NCBI GenBank assembly: GCA_009103225.1
Contig: RHPI01000560.1
Coordinates: forward strand, 1 to 56,513
Origin: Chlorokybus atmophyticus
Lineage: Eukaryota; Plantae; Mesostigma and Chlorokybus algae
Reading direction: 5' to 3'
Length of the DNA: 56,513 bases
A model generated the notes under the pieces. It saw only the letters and a program-made list of their open reading frames with translations. It made no database searches and was not told the DNA's origin. Made by a program: the position numbers and the translations under genes. Each line of letters begins with the position of its first letter. Within the stretch, counting starts at the first letter, position 1. Shown in pieces: positions 47,270-56,513 of the stretch.

Positions 47270-50027
47270 CGTCGGCGTCGGTGGCAGTGGTGAGCACAAG
47301 AGAGTGGAGGAGCTGCTACAAATGTGTGTAAAGCTTCTTGAGGGTGCCAAGATGCTTTCCCAACAGCCCGCAACTCAAGCCAATGAAGAAAACTTGGAGT
47401 TGACGGCGCCGTTGGAGAGCGTTGCGGCGGAGCTGGTCGGGCAGCCGCTTGTTCGCTTGAAGGACCTTGGAGTCAGCAAGGAAAACGTGGTGGAGCTGTT
47501 GCAAAGTGCTCTAGACACCACAAGGACTGCCTCGACAAAGTCTCATGGTCATGTGAGCAAGTCTCATGAGAATATGGTGGCGCAAACAGGCCATATGGCT
47601 GCGCGCACGGAGCTGGCGGCGTCGGAGGGGTCGGCGTCGGCGTCGAGTTCTCTCACTCAGCTTGGAGACAAGCTAGAGGAAGGTGTGGGGAGTGTAGGAG
47701 GGATGTTGGCACAGCTTCCCGCCACTCGGCCGGCCTTGAGAGAGAAGATATCGCCAAATGTGGCGATGATGGACAACCGAGGGGGGCACATCAGCCTAGA
47801 TGGCTTCGTGCCGGATGTTGTCTTGGTGGATACAGGTGCCCAACCTGTTATTTTGGGTGCTAGAGCTGTCAAATGGATGGGACTCAGCCCTAAGGAGTGG
47901 GAGCCATGCCCGGTCATGATCAATACCTCGGCGGGAACCGTAGAGGCCGTGTGCGGCATAACGGTGCAGCCGGTGGACATATGCTTGACTGCGTTGGGAG
48001 GTGCTACCACGACCTTCAAGGTTCGATGCCTCATCACGGATGCGAAGGGGTATGATGTGCTGCTCGGACAAGACTTCTTGTTCCCCGTCGGCGGCGGCGT
48101 TGACAATTGGATCGAACAAGGGTTCTTTCGGCCGCGTTGGCGTGTGGGAGGAGGTGAGAAGGCCTACTTTCCGTTGAGCATCACGCAAGGGGGTGTTGAG
48201 AGGTCTCCAACATCCGCATCTGCTGTTTGGGCGTGCTTGAGTCGCCGTTCAGTCAAGGGATGGCTTGGTGACAGCACCGACATGTACTATGACCATGTGG
48301 AGGAGGGGGAGAGTGTCTCCACGTACATGGAAGAGGGGAGACCTCCGGAGCTGGTCTATATGGCTCAAACTCAGTCGCAAGAGCTGGAAATGGCTGCACA
48401 ACACCGTGCTCAGCGGCAACAAGAGGCTCGAGACAAGGTTAGCCAAGCATGGATGAAGGATGTGATGGCACTGGAGCCGCCGTTGCTGCCCGAGGGTGTG
48501 AGAGGTGTCCATCCGCCTATCAACTACAACACCATCAAGTGGAAGGTGCCCGAGGATGGTGTCGTGATGGTGGAGCTGTTTGGTGGCATTGCAAGTGGGC
48601 TTGCGGCCGCGTTGAATGCCGGCATCAAGGTGCGGCGCTACGTCTATGTGGACCCTTCGCCAACGGCACAACAAGGTGCACAACATCATGTGAGGATGTT
48701 GTTTAAGAAGTATCCAGATCTGCTACATGAGGGTGCGTTGAAGGGCTTTCAAAGCACATGGCCGCAAGACATTTGCTTGGCGGGGCCACATTATCTCGCG
48801 GCAATCGGCCATGTGGATTTGCTTCTAGCGGGGTGGGAATGCCAAGGGCATTCACGGGCTGGTCATGGCAAGGGATTGATGGATACGCGCTCGTCATTGT
48901 TTTGGGAGTTGGTGCGCGTCATCAACATAATTCAGCAAGGCCAAGAGCAGCCCATGGCGTACATCGTTGAGAACGTACCAGCTGAAGACGACAAGCGCAA
49001 GCGCGTGCGAGAGGACTATCAGCTAGTGAGACATGTGCTAGGTCGTGAGCTGGTCATGGCTACCGCACGGCATGGTTCGCGCGCGCATCGGCTGCGTGTG
49101 CAGTGGACATTCCTCGCGCCAGTTGAGTTGCTTCGCACGGTGCAGCAAGAGTACTCTAGACCGCAAAGTTTGACAGTCAACTAAGTGCTGGAGCATGGGC
49201 GCACAGAACAACAAGTCAGCAAGGCTGATCGGCCGCCTCAGGAGGTGGTGAACCAGGTTGGGCACGACATGGCGGCGTTGCCGACATTGGTAACATACCC
49301 AGGCTCTTATGCATTCCGCAAGGGAGGGCCAGGGCTGGTGTGGGACTCACAAAACAGCAGGTTGGAAGAGCCAACAGCTGGTGAGCGCGAGCGTGCGATG
49401 GGGTTCTTGTCCGGTGCAATTGCGGCGCCAGGACTGAGTGAACAACAGCGCCAAGTGCTGCAAGGACAAGCCATGGACCAGAATAGCATGGTGTGGCTTA
49501 TGGTTGTCTGCTTGGAAGCACAAGAGTTGGTGGCAAGCATCATGCCGATGCAACAGCAAGCGCGCCTGGAGCCTGCGCCTCTGTCGAGGGGGTGGGAGCA
49601 TGATGTACAGCATGAGGAGAGTAAGGGGGTGTCTTTTTCGCCTGTGACAGCTGCAAGTGGCAAGAAAGCGGCTGTGGATGGTAACTTGAAGCAGGAGAAG
49701 GCCACCGACCAGACCATGGAGTGGTGTATAGGCGAGCATGTGACACCACATGAGCGTGAGTGGCTTGAGACATTGCTGGCGCGTAAGCATGACTGCTTCG
49801 CCTACTCTACCAAGGAGTTGGGAGTCTGCAACTTCTACACAATAGACATTGAGTTGACCTCTTCTGAGCCCATCTTTCGTCAGCAGTATTGGCTGAGCAA
49901 GGTGGAGAAGGAGTTTGTGGCAGAGAAGTGTGCGGACTTGTTGGAGGTTGGACTCATTGAGGAGTCAACCTCGGACTTCGCGGCGGCGACAGTGTTGCCG
50001 TTGAAGAAGGATGCACAGGGAAATTAA
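47133..50027 (+). pseudogene. Pol: aspartic protease + DNMT3/DRM-like C5 cytosine methyltransferase + RT start (one in-frame TAA at 49182-49184)
   Basis: VLVDTGAQPVILG; MTase motifs I VELFGGIASG, II YVYVD, IV AGWECQGHSRAG, V DTRSSLFWE, VI YIVENV, VIII RAHRLRVQW, IX ERERAMGF, X RQVLQGQAMD. Confidence 0.9.
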
Positions 50028-50029
50028 AC

Positions 50030-50830
50030 CAATTATCAATACACATAAATATAAATGTATATATATATACATATGTGTTGTAAGATACATAGTCAGGTAT
50101 CATTGTCACAAAATTAATATACATAATCATGCATCCTAAACCAATTTAGACACCTAGATTAACAGCTAGGCATCGGTAGGTGTTTTTAGATAAGTTATCC
50201 GCTTGCGGGTGGCCTGGGGACTCAAACCTAGCTTAGCGGCGCCAAATGTCCAACCACATTGTTGTCGGGCAAGCTGTTGCCATAAACTCCCTTTGTCGCC
50301 TACCAAGTCGCGCCGGTGCAATTATATTAATAGAGTGGCTGCGTGATCATCAATAACAATGTTAAGGTAGGCTGCGGGCACGCGGGTACTTGAACCGGCG
50401 ATGTATTGATGATCAGGCTGCAAAAGATTGAGACAATTGTAATATTGCGGTGTGACGACCGACGTTATAGCTTTATAATGGCTAGATCCATGCGTCATTG
50501 ACGGAACCGGTCAAGCACGTGACAAAGTTAATGGCTATCTTTCCAACCTTAATGCATTGTAATGTAACCACTGTGCCCTCAACGGCATCATGGAGGTGGT
50601 CAACATTTGCATAAACATCCGTACAGGTCTTTGTTATGATCATATTTGTTGATAATCCTAACGCCCTGTCCCTAATGTTGTTAGAGATCTGATACATCAA
50701 TTGCGACCGGCCGATGGCCGTTTGTGACAAGCACTAAATTATATAGGAATCTAGCCATCATTTAGTTAGGGATCTTGCGAATCCCTAGCGAAATTCGCGC
50801 TAGATCTTTAATAAAGTTAGGGATCCGGCC
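50030..50830 (-). mobile_element. PIF/Harbinger-like relic
   Basis: Degenerate DAVEGT, TCLTGSVNDAWI, LVGDKG and WTFGAAK resemble the DGT, GS.HD, GD.GY and E..FG.LK motifs; terminus begins GGCC at 50830. Confidence 0.45.
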
Positions 50831-51967
50831 AGACTTACCGAAACCCATCTACCGGTGAAGTCTGAGAGTGAGGCAGATCTGCTGAGCAAGACTCAGTACT
50901 CCTACAATACTTTGGTGGGGAGTCTTTTCTACTAGTTGGTCAGTACCAGGCTTGACATTTCCCATGCCGTGGGAATCTTGGCTAAATACATGTCTGCACC
51001 TACTGTGGAGCACTGGAGGGCTGCAAAGGCGTGCATGCGCTATGTGGCTGGAACCTTCAGTATTGGCACTACATTTTGTGAAGGACCTACTGGTCTGAAG
51101 GGCTACTGCAATGCAGACTACGCAGGAGACTTAGACTCCAAGAGGTCTACCATGGGCTACACATTCTTGTCGAATGGTGGAGTCATTAGGTGGAGCAGCA
51201 AGCTTCAGCCCACTGTCGCAGTGTCTACAGCAGAGGCGGAGTACAAGGCTGCATCCCAAGCACTTAAAGAAGGGCTTTGATTGCGCAAGCTGGTTGTTGA
51301 CTTGGGTCTGGACCAGACTGTCATTGCTAAAATGCGACAACCAAAGGGCTATCCGGCTCTTGAAGCACCCCATTGCTTCAGATGGGTCCAAGCACATTGA
51401 TGTCCGACATCAAGTGATGCATGAGTCATGCATCACTTTGTGCGGGAGCTCGTGGCGCGTGGAGAGGTGGAGTTCCTCCACTGCAAGACCGAAGACATGC
51501 TTGCTGACTTCTTAACAAAAGTTTTAACCCCTGTCAAGTCCAGACCTGCTGCAAGAGTCTAAACATCTACTAAGCTGCCTGCGTGGGAGTGTTGGAGTTT
51601 AGGCTTTGGTTTAGCCGTCCTTAGACTCCAGTCCAGTCATGTTTTGTCAGAATCTGACAGTTCTGACTTTAACCGTTTAGGGCTATTTTAGGGTCTGATA
51701 TCTCTTAGACCCGCCTTGTATACTATTTTTAGCTTGTATATCGAGTTCTTAGTAGTTGTGACCGTTATTGGGTATTAGGGGACGCCCACACACGTTTAAC
51801 GTGGTTCACTTTGCTTGTGCTTGAGTCTGGTGGCGGCGGTAGCCTTGCCCTAAGCGTGGTCTGGACTGGTTGGGTTTGGCGTGGTCTAATCTGGTCTTTG
51901 TTGCTTGCACAGATGGTTTGAGGGTGTTGTGTTGCGTGTCTACGTCTAGGAAGCTTGCATCTCAACA
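50831..51967 (+). mobile_element. Copia 3' part: RT end, RNase H, PPT and 3' LTR (51590-51967)
   Basis: YNTLVGSL, TRLDISHAVGILAKYMSAP, YCNADYAGDLDSKRST, WSSKLQPTVAVSTAEAEY, CDNQRAI, KHIDVRH; GCGTGGGAG followed by TGTTGG...TCAACA. Confidence 0.93.
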
Positions 51968-53752
51968 GGCTGTTGTTAGGCTGTTGTCACATCATGTGAT
52001 CATCAACAGTCGCCAATGCCATTGAACATGCCTGGATAGTTGCCAATGAATTGTAGGCTATTTTTGCTGACAATCATCAATGCTTTGCATTTTTGAATGT
52101 CAGCAATATTATAGTTGTCAATGCAGTTTATTGACTTTGACATGACAGTCGCCAACAGCCTGTACTGACCATTCTATTTCCTAAGCAGGCTGCTGGGGCG
52201 ATATTTAACTGTGAAGATAAGGAAGCCGCCGCCATGGACTTGCAGATTGCAGCGACGATTGTATGCAACACCAAGCCCAACGCCCCCACTAGAGAGGAGG
52301 CAATGGACATGTATGAGTACTACCACCACATCGAGCACGCGCTGTTTCCCAATGATCACCAGTTTACATTCAAGGACCCCGACAGAACGGAGTGTGTGCC
52401 AGACGAGATGATCTTGGGAGCCATTGTTTGCTTTGCTGCGAGTAAAAAGTGGTCGGTGGCGAACAAATATGTTGAAGGAGGGTGCGAGTGGGGATCCAAT
52501 CGCAAACTACCAGGTATGCATACTTCATTGCAGCAAGTTGAGGACAGTCCTTTGCTAGTTTACAAGTGATGACTTGGTACAATGCAGGGCTTATAAGCGA
52601 GGCATAGAAGAGAACGCCTTTCCTGCCCAAGAGGCACTGGATGCAACAGCCCTCGTCATCCTCCTAGGTGGGTGCATAGCTATGATATGGTCAAGTTATG
52701 TAATAAAACATGTATATGTGTTTCAATGTATAGCATTGAAACATACATACAAGAGTACATTGTACGTGTCAATGCATTCTGTGTTGTGTAAGCACATAAC
52801 ATTACAGATGATGTGCAGAGTTTAACAAGCACGCGCTGAGTGTTTGCAAGAGGGGCTGTCGAGCAAGGTGTTGCGGGGGGGTTCACATTGGGGCTGAATC
52901 AATCACAGAGAGCACAAGTCTGGCTTCCAGGCTAAAGTGCTCGCAACACAACAGACTGCTGCTGTTAACTGCTCCTGTTAACCGCAGCGTGGAATGCATG
53001 TAAGAGACTGTAGGTACAGTTTCCACACTAGCTTGACACCGATGGGCTGTCGTATGACAGTCTTTACAGCATTTTTATGAATTGTATGAGTGGCGGATTG
53101 TATGCACCAGGTATGGTGCATGCACCGGTGTTGAGACCATGCATGCCTTGAATTGATGTGACATCATGACAGACCATGCATGGTGCGACTGTCAACCAGA
53201 CCATGTATGGTGCGTTGTATGTTAGGACCATGCATGGTGCCGCTTGTGGACCATGTATGCACAACAATGTCTGTAACCATGGACCATCATGGTGCGATTG
53301 TCAACGGGACCATGTATGGTGCTTTGTACGGTAGGACCATACATGGTCGCTTGTGGACCATGTATGCCCAACAATGTCCGTAACCATGTACAATGCATGG
53401 TGTGACTGTTGACCAGATTGGCACCATACGTGGTTCATTGTGTCAGGAGGGCAGCACACCATGCACGGCGTTTACAACGTTAATTAACATCAGAGACTTC
53501 CGGTCCGTATCCAGTGTTCATGCATGGTGCGACTATCAATTACCAGACATGTGGGATTATGAAACCATGCCCGGTCCACTATGCCAGGGGGCATTGCACC
53601 ATACATGGTCCTTACAACCTCATACAAACAGGTCACCATACATTGTGCGACCCCGACAAAACATGGCTTCATTCACTTAAAACTTTAGACCATGCATAGT
53701 CCGGCTGTCATTGACAGATGGACCATATATGGTCCACCGATTTCACTTAGCA
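51968..53752 (+). mobile_element. Copy 2 of the unclassified element (last exons and palindromic array 53130-53735, ends ...ATTTCACTTAGCA)
   Basis: MDLQIAATIVCNTKP...GCEWGSNRKLP matches the 15790 ORF; same splice sites, array and terminal sequence. Confidence 0.75.
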
Positions 53753-55995
53753 AGGGAAAATGTTGGTCCGAAGGCACGGACCATTCCTGGTCCTTTGGCG
53801 TCAATCCGTGTGCTTGCCTTAAGACCGCAACAACATGCACACCTGCTCGAACCTGTAGCGGCTGGAGGCAGACAAGGCAATAACAACCAGCGAATATATA
53901 CTGTGCAGTTGGTAATGCAAGTAAATCTTGCCCAGCACAGCTCCCCTACTGTCTATGATAGTGAAGAAATGTGCGAATAGGCAATAGTGGGGTGAGGCAC
54001 AACGGTTGATCTACCGGTAGTTGTAAAGGTATATAAATTAGAAATGCTAATGCATGTTATGCATTCCCAATACGGTGATCTCGTGAATGAGCACAGAATA
54101 GATTTCTCAAAGTTGGTGCTAAGTCGCTCTCAATGCTCTTGGTATGCACCTCAACCGTGATACTGTAGACACGCATGGCACAGTAGCGTACAGATTGCTG
54201 GTGTAGCGAGAGTATGGTCAGCTTCTAGCAGTATGGTAGCGCTGGGGCGGTTGCAATGTAGACGAGATGATGGCAGGCTTCTTAACATGCGTGCATTGTG
54301 CTCGTAACACCAACCCACTTTCACAACGTCCGCACTCCTAAAGCAAGAACCACTGCTATTGCCCAAAGTTCTAACAAGAGCATACACTTTCAAGAAAAGT
54401 GTCGCTTTTAAAAGCTAACAGCGAGGTATGGAAAGGACTTGCATTTTTCCACTGGCTAGTTGAAAATGCTAATTGGGTACTTCTACTACTGTTCAATTAC
54501 ATGAACTGTAACTGCCGCATCTGTTCGTCTCCTTGCATCCGGTCCGTTGATTCGCGCGAGAAGTCCCTCGAAGTCTCGCGGCTCTTGAGTCGTCGATGTT
54601 GATTGTGGCTTACCCTAGTGTGGATCGGGTTCGGGCTCCGGTCTTATCAGCAGAGAAGGCAACACTGAACGGAGTAGACAACCTGACCATGACCATAAGC
54701 ATGTGCACTGATGTCACATAAGGCCTCACGGACTCGACCATAAAGACTTAGGTGGGTTCTCATTTCAAGTTCTTGTTTTTTTTTGTGGCTCATTATTACC
54801 CACTTCATGACAACTGATTAGTGCATGATGGCGGCGGCGGATACCACCGGTATGGCGGGTGTCCAAAGGCGTTATACATGGCCAAGCAGGGCTGATGCGG
54901 GCACCGCCGTGGATGCGGGCACCGCCGTGCGGGTCTCATTGCAAGCGTGGCGGGGGTGACACAAGGGGTCCTTCTTGTGTGTTGGGTACCGGTGGATGAG
55001 GATGATTACAATGACGAGAACGTCCCCCTCCCTTCCCTGTGCTGGACTCCTGCCCGCCGCCATGACCGTCAGGTGCTGCACTTGTACCATGAAGGCGAGT
55101 GGGGCGACTGGGTGGGTCCCATATGGGAGCCCATAATTTGGGTGGGTGGTATACCACCCATGAAGCTACACGCTCAAGGTGATCACCCTGAGCGTGTAAC
55201 TTGCATGAGACTCCAAGTTGATCATGCTGGAACTTGTACAACAGCAGCAGTTTGTTTATGTTGACCTTGTGAAGAAATGTTCATGCTCACAGAGGTGTAT
55301 TACACCTCATTGAGCATGAATTGCTGTAATGTTGCCTGCAAAGTTTACAGACAATTTCACAGCAACATGTAAGCTTGTTGTGGATTGCCTGGGTTTATGT
55401 GCTGGGTAGCAAATCTATTTATAAGTGGCGAGTTTGTCTGATGAAGCAGTTTCATGGATACATGCATGTAGTTGATGAAGCTGACAAGCGCACATACAAC
55501 CTGCCCATGAACATCTGTATGCCATAACATAATGCACATTCAAAAGCCGAACGCTCAGTTTATGTTCTACAAACCTCGTCCCGAAAAACACTTGGCAGCA
55601 GCAATGTACCATTACAGTAGGAGCCAGAGATGGACAGAATATTAATAACATTGCTCGTCATTATTACTATCTTATGCATTGTCTTGCATTTCCTCATAAA
55701 ACAACATCTACCTACCGTAGGTGGCATTATATACTACCACAACTCTTTGTATGTCGATCATGCATACTCCAACGTCTACCATAGCATGCGCCTCGTACTG
55801 TGCGCGAAGTTTGCTATCATTTGGTGCTGTTTGGTGCACGCAAGAAGAGGTTTACTACTACATACCATGGGACTTCATCTTACCAGCGCCAGTTCCTGTT
55901 GATGTCACAACAGTGCAGCTGAGCTTATTGCCATCATCGCTCCTCTCTGAGGAGGAGGCTCCTGCATTGGAGGGAGCGACACTCACCCGCGCATG

Positions 55996-56395
55996 TTACT
56001 CTTTACCCGCGCGCATGGTGCTGTAGCCCATTCTGGCCTGCTGCCTGGCCTTGCTGGTGGCGATCTTGCCCTGGATGAGGCTGCGGCGGTAGCTGCTGCT
56101 GCTGCCATAGCCACCAGGAATGGCCACCTTCTCCTCCTCCTCCTCCAGGGCCATCAGGGCTGGCATTCGTGCGGTGAACTCCTCCACGCCGAAGATGTCT
56201 GCCACCTCTGCGCATGGCACAACATCCGTATGAGCGAGATGACATTCGTTGCGATTGTGAGTGCGTGTGACATGTGACTATGTGCGCACGCACCATAGTC
56301 TGCTTCAGTGCCATAGAGGAGGCCTAAGCCGTGCTCGTTTGTGCCGTGGGTGACAGGCACGCCATTGCTGTCGTAGCGGACGCGCACGGTTTGCC
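55996..56395 (-). CDS. Last two exons of Root_cap-like paralogue C (rest beyond window end)
   Basis: QTVRVRYDSNGVPVTHGTNEHGLGLLYGTEADY-EVADIFGVEEF...RRSLIQG...*; (GA)n tract in the same intron as in A and B. Confidence 0.8.
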
Positions 56396-56418
56396 CTGGA
56401 CAAGTTGACATGATCAGC

Positions 56419-56513
<95 letters not shown>

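Larger units (their letters stand above)
45291..50027 (+). mobile_element. Ty3/Gypsy LTR retrotransposon family 2 with gag, protease, C5 methyltransferase and start of RT (truncated)
   Basis: Domain order gag-PR-MTase-RT; RT N-terminus IELTSSEPIFRQQYWLSKVEKEFV...LLEVGLIEESTSDFAAATVLPLKKD is Ty3-type. Confidence 0.92.

Noticed and set aside
30090-49184. Alternative genetic code (TAA/TAG = Gln) suggested by in-frame TAA at 3920, 30093 and 49182
   Set aside because: ORFs of 500-690 codons lack TAA/TAG, the genes end in TAG, and TGA and frameshift lesions co-occur. C-to-T decay of CAA is simpler.
54830-55264. Trp-rich ORF with an 18-bp tandem duplication (54894-54929)
   Set aside because: No homology signal, second copy or clear gene structure to support a call.

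Overview
Eukaryotic, repeat-dense genomic DNA with GT-AG introns, microsatellites and two N gaps. The host is probably a green or streptophyte alga (inference from Root_cap-like genes, algal-type Copia PBS/PPT and DNMT-bearing Ty3). Most of the window is nested, decaying transposons. These are: two Ty3/Gypsy LTR families whose pol carries a DNMT3/DRM-like C5 cytosine methyltransferase between protease and RT, both with a self-priming rather than tRNA PBS signature; several Copia elements and solo LTRs; a Ulp1/C48 protease next to DNA-transposon-like subterminal repeats; a Helitron-type PIF1 helicase relic; a Harbinger relic; and two copies of an unclassified element ending in an array of about 22 short palindromes. 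Host-like genes are limited to a duplicated ~5 kb unit: a small hydrophilic LEA-like gene convergent with a secreted Cys-rich + vWD/Root_cap-like gene, with reciprocal pseudogenisation between the two units. The 3' end of a third paralogue lies at the window edge. All homology calls come from motifs recognised by eye; no searches were run.
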